From NCBI GenBank assembly GCA_053919585.1, contig CM132805.1: DNA of 64,000 bases; one strand, written 5' to 3'. The notes beneath the pieces are model-generated. The model was not told the origin of the DNA. It ran no database searches and worked only from the letters and a program-made list of their open reading frames with translations. Positions 1-12,060 of the stretch are shown piece by piece (the stretch's first letter is position 1; the number at the start of each line of letters is the position of its first letter). Position numbers and translations under genes: made by a program. This stretch comes from Euprymna scolopes. Lineage: Eukaryota.

Positions 1-863
1 GGCTGATCACTTTTAATGCATCCAAAACCAAGCTCCTATCTTTACATCATCAACGCCCTGATCCCCATATGGCATCAATTGAAATGGATGGCTCTTGTCT
101 TGGAGAGGCTCCATATTTTGACAAGCTTCTGGGTGTGACCTTTACTCCTGATTTGAAATGGAACACGTACATCAAGTCTGTTGTCAGGGACGCTGGGAAA
201 ATGGTGGAATCCTTCTACCGCTCCAGAAGATATCTCACTACTGATGCAATTCTCTATCTGTATAAAAGCCAAGTACGTCCAAGGATGGAGTACTGCTGCC
301 ACATCGGGGCAGGAGCTGCTAAAAACAGCCTATCCTGCCTTGACAGAGTACAAAATAGACTTCGTGGCTTAGTGGGGGATACCCTTTTCTCTTCCCTGCA
401 ACCTCTCTCCCACAGAAGAGACGTTGCGAGCCTGTCTTTGTTTTATCGCTATTTCCATGGCAAGTGCTCGTCTGAGCTCCAATCCCTCTTCCTCCCTCGC
501 CAATCTTTCACGAGAAACACCCGTCTGGCTGAAACTACTGTCAACAATTTTCCCCACTCTTTATCTGTGCCTAAATCCAAACGTAGATTCCATGAGCAAA
601 GCTTTTTTCTTAGAACTGCACGCCAGTGGAACTCTCTGTCGCTTGTTTGTTTCCCACCTGACTACAACTTGGACGTCTTCAAGTCCAACATAAACAAACT
701 CCTGACAAAATTCCCCCTTAAGTAAGACACTCTATCAAAACCCCCAATACTAATGATTACTACAATACTATCTCATTGATTACTGTACACGCAATAGCCC
801 TTATCACTGAGTGGCCTTCGGGCCTTGATAAGTGGTGACCTACATGTAAAAAAAAAAAAAAAA
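1..863 (+). mobile_element. 3' end of a CR1/L2-type non-LTR retrotransposon (RT C-terminus, 3' UTR, poly-A), family 1
   Basis: ORF 69-725 has LLGVTFTPDLKWNTYI and LYLYKSQVRPRMEYCCH, typical of the post-RT region of CR1/L2-group LINEs. It ends in a hairpin (800-832) and an A-tail (848-863). Confidence 0.9.
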
Positions 864-1162
864 TACATAAATAACTATTACAGAAACGCCCACTGCTGAT
901 GGGGTGCATTTACTTCCTAAGTTTTTTTAAGATATTTTCAGGATTGCTTCTCTATATAAATAAAATGTTACTTGAGATAATGTTTGGACTGACATTATAT
1001 AAGTGGACATTTTAGGGCACGTTTGATTAATGAGATGTTTCTCGTTTAATTTTTTACTTCATCATCAAGATGTGATCAACCACAAATTTTGTTTGAAGTT
1101 AAATATTTGTAAACAAGTAAATGTCGATCCCCTTTTTATTCAATGTTTTTTTTATTAAACTT

Positions 1163-1830
1163 TACATGGCGAAGCGATAAAGTTGTCGCCCTAAAGAAAA
1201 CAACACCACAGCTTTATTTTTAAACTTTTATTGAAAAAATCAATTCTTGTAACTTGATTATGTAGTGGAGCTGACATTTATTCAATGTAGCCGCTTTCAG
1301 CCTCAATCACTGCTATAATACGGTCCGAAACTGCGAGCATACGTTTCCCATAAGCGCCGGCGGGAGATCAGAGATTAAACGGCGGATGGCTGCAATCAGG
1401 TTAGGTTTGGTGTCATAGGAGGTTACGTTGGTGATGCTCAAGCCGATTTCGAAAATGTGAGGTGGCATGACGTGGCCTTGACTTGAAAACACACCAAAAC
1501 CATAATCGCGGCCGAAAATTTTGTTTTCATGATTCTGGGTACGTCAATGTTATTCATGGCAATCCAGCGATGCATTTTGAGGCAGCTGGCAATGGTCTTG
1601 TTATAACTTTCATCGGTAGAGCACATTAATTGTATAGCGCAGCGACGCGTCTCCAATCTCGCTCGTTAAATACTGTCATTTTCAGGCATAATACTAGGCT
1701 CTTATCGCTCTTGAGATTTGTACACAACTAGCCAACTATTAGATGGTCTGCAACAACAAAAAAAAAGAAAGCCGGTTTTTATTAAACGGAAATGGAATCA
1801 TTCGTCTTTTCTACAGCGACAACTTTACGA
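1163..1830 (-). mobile_element. Internally deleted Tc1/mariner (DD37D maT-like) transposon remnant, copy A
   Basis: Minus strand encodes WIAMNNIDVPRIMKTKF..IMVL and the C-terminal IEAESGYIE. TIR-like ends cgataaagttgtcgc / gcgacaacttta. Paralogous to 19053-19922 and 47060-48118. Confidence 0.8.
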
Positions 1831-1885
1831 AGGGTGTCAAAAGTGCCCACTAATATCAGGTGTCTTGAAGTATCTTTGTCATTCA

Positions 1886-1888
<3 letters not shown>

Positions 1889-1950
<62 letters not shown>
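1889..1950. repeat. (TA)n microsatellite
   Basis: Pure TA run. Others lie at ~5775-5836, 6451-6522, 8201-8258, 13545-13592, 13989-14047 and 23836-23889. Confidence 0.95.
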
Positions 1951-1964
<14 letters not shown>

Positions 1965-1978
1965 ATTTTATCTTAAAA

Positions 1979-2420
1979 TGTAGAGAACTATCGCTGTAAC
2001 AGACCGCGTATAAGCGCGTGGGAACATATCAGCAGGAGCTCTATATAGCTGGTCACGCGGAGCAGCAGTAGCTGAAAAAAGCACATATGTAAATTAGAAA
2101 GGGTGCGCGAACTGGCACAACAAGAAAATGAAAGAAGGACATCGGATGGTTGGAAAAGAAAAGGTGCAGTTGAAAAAGATGGGCGTGTAAAGTCGCTATC
2201 TACGGCCGGCGTGCAGTGAAGCAGAAAGAAGAAACATGTGAGATGGACACGTGGCTGTGCAGTGGCCGACAGAGACCCTTTAAACTGGTGTCAAGACGGG
2301 GAGAAAGAAAAACGACTTTAGTTAAAAAGGAAAGAAAAGCCAAGTCGGATTTATTTATTTTTTATTGTTCATACGCCCGTTATAATGCCACACCTGAATA
2401 AAAACTGAGTTTATTAATGT
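1979..2420 (+). repeat. Interspersed, possibly solo-LTR-like repeat in intron 1, shared with 22118-22580
   Basis: Starts TGTA, contains a TATA-like element and AATAAA, and is richer in GC than its flanks. Near-identical in copy B. Class uncertain. Confidence 0.35.
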
Positions 2421-2702
2421 TTTGTATAATGTTATGTTTACGTTTTTTTATATTAAATTAACCATAAATGAATGTGAACATGTATGTGATATTCATTTCC
2501 TTTTATTACTACTTCCTGTAATATTTATCTTTGAAAGCTCAAACTTCTACAGATTTTCTTAGGTAAAATAAACTTTCATCTCCACATTTACAATTTTAGA
2601 TGTTAAATTTTATTTACTATTTATATTTCTTAAATTGTCGTTTGCGTTATTAAATTATAATTTTTTTATTAAATTATTAATTATTTTTATTCTTTTATAC
2701 AG

Positions 2703-2729
2703 TTCCTGGAATTGTCGCCCGCTATCCTC
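2703..2729 (+). CDS. Cys-rich peptide gene copy A, exon 2 (27-nt micro-exon, (I)PGIVARYP)
   Basis: ttatttttattcttttatacag|TTCCTGGAATTGTCGCCCGCTATCCTC|gtaagt; phase 1-1. The paralogue at 22868-22891 keeps both splice sites and differs by an in-frame 3 nt. Confidence 0.85.
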
Positions 2730-2961
2730 GTAAGTAATAATACGCTATTCCCTTTTCTTTACAATCAAATTCTATTTTGTAATAGGCATAATGGATAACA
2801 ATGTAAACAATAAAATAAGTCAAACTGAATCCAAATACAATGTTACGTATTCCATTTCGCATTCTAATAAAGTTCAGGATTAGATGAATCCATGATTCCG
2901 TCTCAGCAATGCGTAAATAACAGCTGTTGTCTTAATCTTAATTCCTATCATAGTATTGATC

Positions 2962-3522
2962 TTTTTTTTTTTTTTTTTACGCAGTGATCACCACTTATCA
3001 AGGCCCGGAAGCCACTCAGGGATAAGGGTTATTGCAAGTACATTAAGTTAGTGAGGAGATTTGCTGAAGTGTTTACTTAAGGGGGCGGTTCATTAAGAAT
3101 TTGTTAACATTGGACTTGAAGACATCCAAGTTGTAGTCCGGAGGGAAGCAGGCAGACGGAACAGAGTTCCACAGGCGTGCAGTTCTAAGAAAGAAGCTTT
3201 GTTCATGGAATCCGCGTTTTGATTTAGGAACAGATATAGAGTGGGGGAAAATTTTCACAGTGGATTCAGCTAGACGGGTGTTTTTCGTGAAAGATTGGCG
3301 AGGGGGGACCAGAGATTGGAGTTCAGACGAGCATCTGCCATGGAAATAACGATAAAACAAGGACAGGCTCGCAACGTCTCTTCTGTGGGAGAGAGGTTGC
3401 AGGGTAGAGAAAAGGGCATCCCCCACTAAGCCACGAAGTCTATTTTGTACTCTGTCAAGGCAGGATAGGCTGTTTTTAGCAGCTCCTGCCCAGATATGGC
3501 AACAGTATTCCATCCTTGGACG
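2962..3522 (-). mobile_element. 5'-truncated CR1/L2-type LINE (family 1) in intron 2 of copy A
   Basis: RPRMEYCCHIW...VFKSNVNK on the minus strand with a poly-T at the left end. The empty site gatctttaaattgtg is present in copies B (~23121) and C (~50141). Confidence 0.9.
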
Positions 3523-3756
3523 TTTAAATTGTGAAAATATTTTAACCGCTAAAGACCCATAAAAGAAGGGCCCGAAAAATCCAATCATTTTAGACCTCTT
3601 CGACTTTTAGTTTCGGGGGAGATNNNNNNNNNNNNNNNNNNNNNNNNNNNNNNNNNNNNNNNNNNNNNNNNNNNNNNNNNNNNNNNNNNNNNNNNNNNNN
3701 NNNNNNNNNNNNNNNNNNNNNNNNNNNNNNNNNNNNNNNNNNNNNNNNNNNNNNNN

Positions 3757-3965
3757 ACCGGTTCTCGTCAGATCATTGAAGTTAAGCCATGTGTAGTCTG
3801 GCTAGTACCAGATAGGTTACCATTTGGGAATTTTAGGCGCTGTATATGCTTTCCGCTTATCTCGGCATTGTTCCCAGTTATCCTGAGCCTCCACTTGACA
3901 CAAAAGTTTCATGCGCAGGTACCCTTACCGTGGGTATCCATAATCTGTCAAGACTAAAGGAAGCC
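3757..3965 (+). mobile_element. 5S rRNA-derived SINE-like repeat or 5S pseudogene, copy A
   Basis: accggttctcgtcagatcattgaagttaagc...ctagtacc...tgggaat...gcgctgta matches the internal part of metazoan 5S rRNA, followed by a non-5S body shared with 50538-50815. Confidence 0.75.
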
Positions 3966-4754
3966 TGTTTCATGCCTGCCTAAAATTTTTGACAGAGGCG
4001 GCGGATTTTCACAAGATCGGTATCGTTTTGAAGCTCAACCCTTCGGACGACAAATATCGAAAACTTAAATATAATATTAATATTAATAATATTAATTCCT
4101 TTACCCTCAACTGGGAACTTTGCTACAGTATCGCCGATATTTTCGATGGTCATTCCCTCTTTTCAATTTACTAGCCTTAATTGAAACCTTCGCCACTTCC
4201 GGTTGGCGACGAACGTAGCAGCAAAATGCCCCGTTTTGTTTTGGGTTTTTTTTTTTCACGTGCTTTTCCTACTTTGTGGTACGGGCTCGAGCCTGCCTGC
4301 CTACTACCACTTTTGTTTTCTTTTTTGTTTCCTTTTTTCTTTTTTTTTTTTCTTTTTTTGCTCAACACATCCGGCAAACACTTCGTACCCAGGCTAGTTT
4401 ATGACTAAAATGTAAAATTCATTTCAATTAATATTTTACACGCAGTGTCGTGTTTTTTTTCTTTTTGGTTTTTTTTTTTTGGGGGGGTGCATTAAATAAT
4501 CGAAACAAAGCTTGATATACCGTAAACATTAAGCTAATTCTTTATATGCACACATGAATCTTTATATTTATATCTAGTATATAAAGTAAAGCTGATCTTT
4601 TTTACAAATCGAATATTTTTATTAATAGTTGTCTTCCTAAAAATTAATATTTCCGTTCGTCGTTTATTTGTGGAACGTTGACCCATGCTATTTTTTTTAA
4701 AATAACATATTTACTCTAATTTATTACATAAATATTGGCATCTATCCTAATTGA

Positions 4755-5422
4755 TTTTTTTTTTTTTTACAAGCAGTCACTACTTATCAAGGCCCGGGGC
4801 TTACTGTAAAATAAGAGTAAATGAATGTAAGTTGGAAGAGTAGTAATCATTAATGGTGTAGATTGGGTAGAATTTGCATTATTAAAGAGGATGGCTTAGC
4901 AAGAACTTGTTTACATTGGACTTGAAGGCTACAATCTTGTAATCTGCCGGGAAGCAGCCCAATGGAACAGTTTTCCACAGACGTGCAGTCCTAAGAAATA
5001 AACTTTGTTGATAGAATCTTCGTTTAGATTTATGCACAGATAGCGAGTGGGGGAGATTGTTGATATTGATTGTAGCTAGTCGAGTGATTTTGTGAAAGTT
5101 TGGCAAGAGGTTGCGAGTGGGCACTTGCCATGAAAATATCGATAGAATAGAGACGGGCTCACAACGTCTCTTTTGTGGGAAAGAGGTTGCAGAGAAGAGA
5201 AAAGGGCATCACTTACTAGGTTTTGAATCCGGTTTTGGACTCTATTAAAGCAAGATATGGCGCGTCGAGCAGTTCCTGCCCAGATATAGATACAGTATTC
5301 CATCCTAGAATGTACTTGGCTCTTATACAGATAGAGGATTGCATCAATAGTGAGATACCTACTTGAGCGATAGAACAATTCAATCATTTTTCCAGCGATC
5401 TTGGCAACAGATTTGATGTATA
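4755..5422 (-). mobile_element. Degenerate 5'-truncated CR1/L2-type LINE (family 1)
   Basis: Frameshifted ORFs 5076-5387 and 4882-5124 (LYLYKSQVHSRMEYC), with the same 3' tail and poly-T. Matching insertion at 51555-51990. Confidence 0.85.
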
Positions 5423-5620
5423 TCCTCCGTCACCCATAATACAATACTTAGTAATTTGTTGTCCTAATCCTAATTTTTATCATTATTTTATTGATCTATA
5501 AAAGGTGTCACAAGGAAAAGGGTTTTTTTTATAATAATGTCAAGAGATATATAAATCTTTACCGCCAAGACTATGTGTAAAGTAGCAGTTGCTGTTAACT
5601 GTATTCTGTTCAACAAGGTA

Positions 5621-5662
5621 CACTCGAAGAAGGTCGATGTTTACATCGATCGAAACGTTGTG
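5621..5662 (+). ncRNA. Degenerate minimal hammerhead-like motif (Penelope-type remnant)
   Basis: cac-TCGAAGA-a-ggtcgatgt/acatcgatc-GAAAC-GTT-gtg: stems I and II pair, but the core differs from CTGAAGA. A more decayed copy lies near 52180-52222. Confidence 0.45.
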
Positions 5663-5765
5663 AAGATGTCACTCAAGATAAAAATAGTAGTTCCAAGAAT
5701 CCAAATAATATGAATATTTATTGTATATCAATATTTGAAATTCTTTATTTCAATTATAGAGTTGT

Positions 5766-5839
<74 letters not shown>

Positions 5840-6445
5840 GAGATTTAGAAGGCTATCACAATGCGAGGAATGAAAAATAGTCGTTGTTGGTGAAAGGAGA
5901 CGAAAAGAAGTGGCGATTTACAAATCAATAAGTACATACATATATGTCTATATATACGTATATTTATTCAATTGTATTAGATACAAATGTCTTACTTGTT
6001 ATGTCTGCGACAATATCCATTATTAATTTCGGTAAAACTTCCCTTTTAAAATGGTAGATGTGACAGATCGATTCAAAGCATGCTAGATAATGTAGCGGAA
6101 GTTGGATAGCTGTGTGGAGCCTCGGAGCAAATGTAAGGAGGGGATTTATGTATGGTCTGATTAGGTAATTAACATGTTCTGTTGTTCTTTTTTTATAAAA
6201 TAATTTATATATATATATATATATAAATTTATTTTTATTTATCTTTTTTTTTAGTTTATAACTCGTTGCTTTAGCATGAGCTCTTTTTAATTTTGTATAT
6301 TCTCTGTCTATTTAGTTGTCTTTATTATTATTATTTCGTCTCTCTTCACCAACAACGACTATGTTTCATTCCTCGCATTGTGATAGCCTTCTAAATCTCT
6401 ACTACATACCTAACCTACACAATGCTTCAAGCAAACTACATATCA

Positions 6446-6523
<78 letters not shown>

Positions 6524-6589
6524 TGTGGGGAAAATGGCTTACCGTACAAACGTCCTCGTGTCTGTCTGTCCTGTGAGTCGTGCGCTTCG

Positions 6590-6620
<31 letters not shown>

Positions 6621-8197
6621 GTCCATCATGGCGGCCATGACGGCTTTGCAAAATAAAGGACCCCATGCTTCTCATCCCATTGAGGCTGACCAAGTGGGCA
6701 TGTATCAATAGATCGGGGATGAACCAACTCTGGAGGAGGTTTAGGAAGCACTATACGCGACCTTTACTTGGATGAGACGGTGGACGTCTACCTGGCGGAT
6801 TTAACGAGATTAGCTGCGCCGTTTGGTGGAGTGACTGAACGCATATTAAGTTGTGCCTTTCTCACAGGACTTCCGGACGACATCAGCCGACTGCTACGAG
6901 CATCGTCAAGGCTCAGCGAAGCCGGTGCTAGCAGCTGCAGAAGCATCTACTCCATTAGAAGATGGCGTAAGATGTTATAAATGTGTCGGGCCAAACCACT
7001 TTTCTAGGAACTGCCGAAGCCGAAGCAGTGTAAAGGACACGTCTGCTCAAGCACAGGGAAGTTGGAAATTAGGAGCCACTGGAGCCGGCTATCGATGGAC
7101 ATTACTCACCACAATGGCGAGGATTTCCTTACTCTCATTGAGTGTGGTTCATCAAGGTTTGCCATATGGCTTATGTTGCGTCGACAAGATATAGTCACTA
7201 TTGTCCGTCAATTAAACAATATTTTCCTTGAACGTGGACATCCAACAGAGATATCGATTTACAATGGTGCTGCATTTACCAGTGAGCAGTTTAGAAAGTT
7301 TACTGACAGCTGGGGAGTACATGTGAGGTTTCTATGCGCTCATGTACCTAGTGGAAATGGGATCATTGAACGGAATCATCGAACCGTCAAAACAATTGCG
7401 GCTAGATCAGGCTGTACAGTGTTTGAGGCAGTATATTTGTACAATGTAACCCCGAAAGATGATGTTTCGCCCTCTACGGCGCCGGCTGACACATTGCATA
7501 GGTATCACGTCAGGGTGAAGGGCATAGAGACGAACCCGCTGCCTGAACTAGAAGTAGCCGGAGAGAGAGTGAGGAAAGGGGGTGTCGTGTGGATCAAGAA
7601 CCCGCAAGGCAAGTGCACGACAAGGTATGGAGTCAGGCGAGTCACTGAAATAATCAGCTCACAAGCTGTGCTGGTCGAAGGAGTGCCCCGTCATGTTAAA
7701 GACATACGGTTAGTAATCATCACTAGACGACACGAGCGAATCAGAGTCAGAATCTAGCGCGGCATCGCTCTGGATTGCAGCACCACTATCAGACAGTGAC
7801 TTGGAGATTAATAGCCTCCCAGAAGACACAAAGATGCTGGACCCTCAGACCACAGACGAAAGCACAAGAAGATGAGGCGTGTGTTGTCCCCCCTCGAAAA
7901 AGCACCCGGCGAAGACGATCACCACCCCCTTGCCATCTCTGTGACCATGAGATAAGGGGGGGAGTGTGGGGAAAATGGCTTATCATACAAACGTCCTCGT
8001 GTCTGTCTGTCCTGTGAGTCGCACGCGTCGAGAAAGAAAGAAATCATCATGGCGGCCGTTTCGCGGGATCGTGTGCGCGTGCCTTATAAAAATAGGTTAC
8101 TTGTCGGTGGGAAAGGAAGGAGAAATCATTTGACGTTTAAGAAGCGGCAAAATCAGTTGGAAGAATTTGTGTGAGCAGTGATTTTTGCCTGTTGATC

Positions 8198-8200
<3 letters not shown>
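6524..8200 (+). mobile_element. Internally deleted Gypsy/Ty3-type LTR retrotransposon in intron 2 of copy A
   Basis: The LTR start tgtggggaaaatggctta occurs at 6524 and 7965, with a polypurine tract at 7954-7964. Gag fragment with CCHC knuckle (CYKCVGPNHFSRNC) and integrase core (ORF 7062-7757: LSMDITH, NGAAFTS, GNGIIERNHRTVK). Protease, RT and RNase H not seen. Right boundary approximate. Confidence 0.88.
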
Positions 8201-8262
<62 letters not shown>

Positions 8263-8639
8263 TATACACGTGTGTATGCGAGGGAGTGAAGAGAGGGTGA
8301 ATTCGTGACGAGCGAACATTGAAGCAGTAGAATAAGGGGACATAACTCTAAACATAGATGCTCACTTCTTACTCGTTTCAGAAGAGTTATTATAGCTATC
8401 ATTATATAAAACTCTATCTACAGGGATACAGAGCACTTACTGTCTGTAAGGTCTGCTCTCTCAAATCGACTTTTTACGATTTTGAAATGATTTTAATTCT
8501 TAATCATTCATTAATCTCATGCTATTAGTTCAACACTTTTGATGGTTTAACAATTATTTTCGTGCATTTGATACTTTTTTTTAATAATGAATGAACGGTC
8601 ATGCGGGGAATATCCCTTAATATGCGGTTGATTCCACAG

Positions 8640-8980
8640 AATTTAATATCCGATTGTAACTAGCCTTAATATATGATTGTCCTTAAAAAAATAGCTTTAA
8701 ACATATGATTGTAAAAATGGGTTTGATATACGATTGATATATGATTGTGTTCATAGAATTGAATATACGAATACGATAGTTAAAATACCTCTGGATACAT
8801 GATTGTGACAACCTACTCTGTGACAATATATCTAAACATATGATTGTAACAACAGCCTTAATATATGATTGTAACAATATATTCATGGAAAATAATAATC
8901 ATGAATAATTGTAACAATAATCCGGAATATCTGATTGTAAATATAGGCTTGTGTATATAATTTATGACAATATCCTTATC
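8640..8980. repeat. Degenerate tandem repeat with atatgattgtaacaa core
   Basis: About ten diverged recurrences of (t)atgattgt(a/g)acaa. Paralogous tract at ~52315-52545. Confidence 0.6.
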
Positions 8981-8999
8981 TTATTTTTTTTTATTACAG

Positions 9000-9080
9000 A
9001 TGTCTGCCCACCTCCTAATGGTCATTTGAGTATGCATAATACTCAGAGGTGCTCCAGCTCCTTCGACTGCCAATATCCCT
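9000..9080 (+). CDS. Cys-rich peptide gene copy A, exon 3 (81 nt, (H)VCPPPNGHLSMHNTQRCSSSFDCQYP)
   Basis: ttattttttttattacag|ATGTCTGCCCA...CAATATCCCT|gtaagt; phase 1-1 and open; WAP-like CP...C-x5-C. Same-length paralogue at 52755-52835. Confidence 0.88.
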
Positions 9081-10494
9081 GTAAGTATAAACAATTGAAT
9101 ATACAAAAATGAAAACATTTTATTATAAAAGAGAATTGTTATTTGTTTGAATCTTTGATTGTAAATATGTAGACATAGGAAAACACTTCAGTACAATAAT
9201 AACAATAACCCCTCTATCATCTCCCTCTGCCTTTTCACTCCTCTCGCTCTCTCACTCCCATTTTATTTACGTTTTTACCCCTTCCTCCCACCATCTAATA
9301 CATTAATTAATAACCTAATTGTGCACAAATACTTTATATGGATTTATTAAAAAGTTAACCGGAAGTGAAACAATGGAAAGAGTTCTTTTCATTTTTGTTT
9401 TGTTTCATTCTTTTTTTTTTCTTTGTTTGTCTGTACACTATCTTGATGATAAATTGGTTATACTCTCCATAAAAGAATTCCATGTGCATATATAACAGTT
9501 TCTTCACAATTGCTTCCCATCTATGAAACTGTAAACTACAACGACATCGTCTTCAAAGCCAATGTCAACAAATACTTGTAATAACCCGCACTAATGAGCA
9601 CTCAAAGTTTGTTCCTTCACGTTCAAGTGGAATGGCTTGGGCGACACATATAATCGTCGATGATGATGAGGATGCAAGTACGTGAGTTCTAAAAAACAAC
9701 CACCGAAAAATTGGGGGAAATATTTTACCTGGAACAATAAGACGACGTATTGCGCGCCAAATTAAGATTTCAAACTCATTCACACATATAACATGATCAT
9801 GTATATCGCATGAACGTACATATGGCGTAGTGATTTTCACTAGATTATGGTGATAAGGTCAGCAGTCTTTTCACCACTTCTTTTAAGTACTATTTTCAGC
9901 TGACCATCCAACAATTCTGTGCATTGTTTTCGGTCCTTTCATAATATTCTGCATATAATTAATCCGTATCTTCGAGTGGCTTTCGAGCTTGATTGACGGT
10001 GACATTAATAATGATAAAGTACTACACTGGAATAAATATATTTTTGATTTTCAAATTTAATAATCGTTTTGTTTTTTGGGTTTTTTTTTGTTTTTTGTTT
10101 AAAACTAAATTTGAACTTCCGATGTTATATTTTATTATCATTTTTTTTTCAAGTTGGGGACGGGGCATCCTACCAGATTCCAAACACTCACCTGATAACT
10201 CAGATATTCGAACCGAGAGATATTTTTAAGATTCTGACTGTCACTTTAAGTGTAATTGTTTAAATCCCTCTTGCGCTTGGTTCACCAGGTATGTTTGCCA
10301 GATAGTTTTTTAAATGTTTTTTTCATGAGTCCAATTGCTCCTAAAATAACTAGAATGGTAGAGATCTTTGTAAGATTTCTGTTTCTTTTCATGTCAGACA
10401 TAAGACCTTAGTATTTTGTTATCTTTTACCTTTCAGCTCTTTTTAACTCATCATCATTGGAACACTAACTTCTGAATGTTGTATTTCGTTTCAG

Positions 10495-10562
10495 TTATGA
10501 TTTGCTGTAAATATGGAGGAAGCTTCTACGGATATTGCATGCCATCGTGGCCACTTTCATAG
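10495..10562 (+). CDS. Cys-rich peptide gene copy A, exon 4 (68 nt, (F)MICCKYGGSFYGYCMPSWPLS*)
   Basis: Branch-point-like cactaac at 10463-10469, acceptor tttcgtttcag, phase 1, ends TAG|gtatg. Completes a six-Cys pattern. The paralogue at 26059-26126 has identical length. Confidence 0.88.
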
Positions 10563-11328
10563 GTATGCCATTAATAAAGGCGGAATTTTCGACCAACATA
10601 GCAAATAATAACAGTAAAAACTTATAAAATAAAATTTATTCATCGTAATTTTTTGCTTTATTCTCAAGAAACATTATACAAATAAATCTCATATCTTTTC
10701 ATTCTCCGTAAAATCGGTTGATTTCCAAAAAAAAAATCCCAAAAATGTACAAACGGGAAAAATGGAGCCGAATGTTACTTCTGCGTATTTTGACTTAAAC
10801 AATGAAAACAACGCCATTTTTTAAATTCTCTCAAAAATCAAATATTTGTTTATGAAATAAAATAACATACAAAAACTTCTGATATTTTGCCCCCTCCCCC
10901 AACGCGATCTTTTATAAGAAGTTTCGTGGGGGGGGGGGGTGATTTACATGTAAGGTTTTTTACATATAAAAAAATACTGAATGATGAAATAGAAGATTTT
11001 TGGGAGGGGTTTGGGGTGTAATTCTTTAAATTAACCGAATATATTAAAATTTAGAAAGAATATCAAGAACTATAGTTCGAATTAAATATTATGTAGACTG
11101 TTTTTTAATGGTGATTTTTTTATTACTTTGAATATTATAATTCATATACAATAGTTTACTATCCTTAATGGCATGCTTTATTTAAACTAAAGTTTAAGGG
11201 TAATTCTGTTAGTAGTTTATTTAAAGAGCTCTCAAAGGGGAGATAACTATGGTCATAACATTAAACATGTCTCATTTTTACATACAGTTTATCAATGTTT
11301 CTAACAATGTTTTCCTTCTTTCTTGCAG

Positions 11329-11435
11329 ATCCTGAATTCTGATAATTTGATTAAGAATGAAAAGATCAGTTTTACTTTTTGTATGGAACAAAACAGACAT
11401 CGTTTAAAAAGTAATAAAATCTTTACTAAATCAAT
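11329..11435 (+). other. Copy A exon 5, non-coding 3' UTR exon with AATAAA at 11413-11418
   Basis: ttctaac branch site, tttccttctttcttgcag acceptor, downstream T/G-rich tract. Conserved at 28531-28640. 3' end approximate. Confidence 0.7.
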
Positions 11436-11499
11436 CGTGCCTTTGTTTTTATTATATATGTTTCATTGATTATTTAACAGAATTGTTTAGTCATCGACT

Positions 11500-12060
11500 T
11501 TGTTAAACGTCTGTTAAAGTTATACCCCTTTTACTATACTAGAATAGGTATAGACTGATGTTAAACATCTGCGAAAACATGAAATATTTATTTGGTTGTA
11601 AGCGTCAGAATGTGTTATCTCCCTTTAGCTATACTAGCGACGAGTGAGAGTGACTTTTAAGAAAAAGACTCGCACATTTGTAGTGTGAGATTGAGGAATT
11701 TTCTTTTTCTCGATCGATCTCCGAAGCCAGGGCATGTCTCTGTTTGGTCTGCCGTTTTTTTATTATATGCCCTTACATTGCTGATGTTACATTATCATTG
11801 TTTGAATATATTTCGAATAAATCCATCATCAGAACAAATAATAGACGGAGTTAAAACTTGTGTTAAACGTCTGTGAAAACGTGAAATATTTATTTGGTTA
11901 TAAGTGTAATACTTTGCTTTGTTGATTCAGTATATTCAGAATTGTACTGCTTGAATCATACTTAAGTTATCTCCCTTGAATTATACTAGCAATGAATGAT
12001 GACGACTCTTTAGTTTCAAAGTAAAAAAAAAGTATTTTCCCATACGTAGTGTGAGATTCT
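11500..12060. repeat. Local diverged duplication downstream of copy A
   Basis: gttaaac.tctg / tgaaatatttatttggtt / gttatctccctt / tatactagc / gtagtgtgagatt occur twice in order (~11560-11692 and ~11862-12058). Confidence 0.55.

Noticed and set aside
3757-3850. Functional 5S rRNA gene
   Set aside because: Many substitutions, the 5' end is missing in the ungapped copy, and there is no tandem rDNA context.
11329-11345. Exon 5 as a coding exon (xPEF* / xLDL*)
   Set aside because: Exon 4 already ends in an in-frame TAG in both copies, so exon 5 is treated as UTR.
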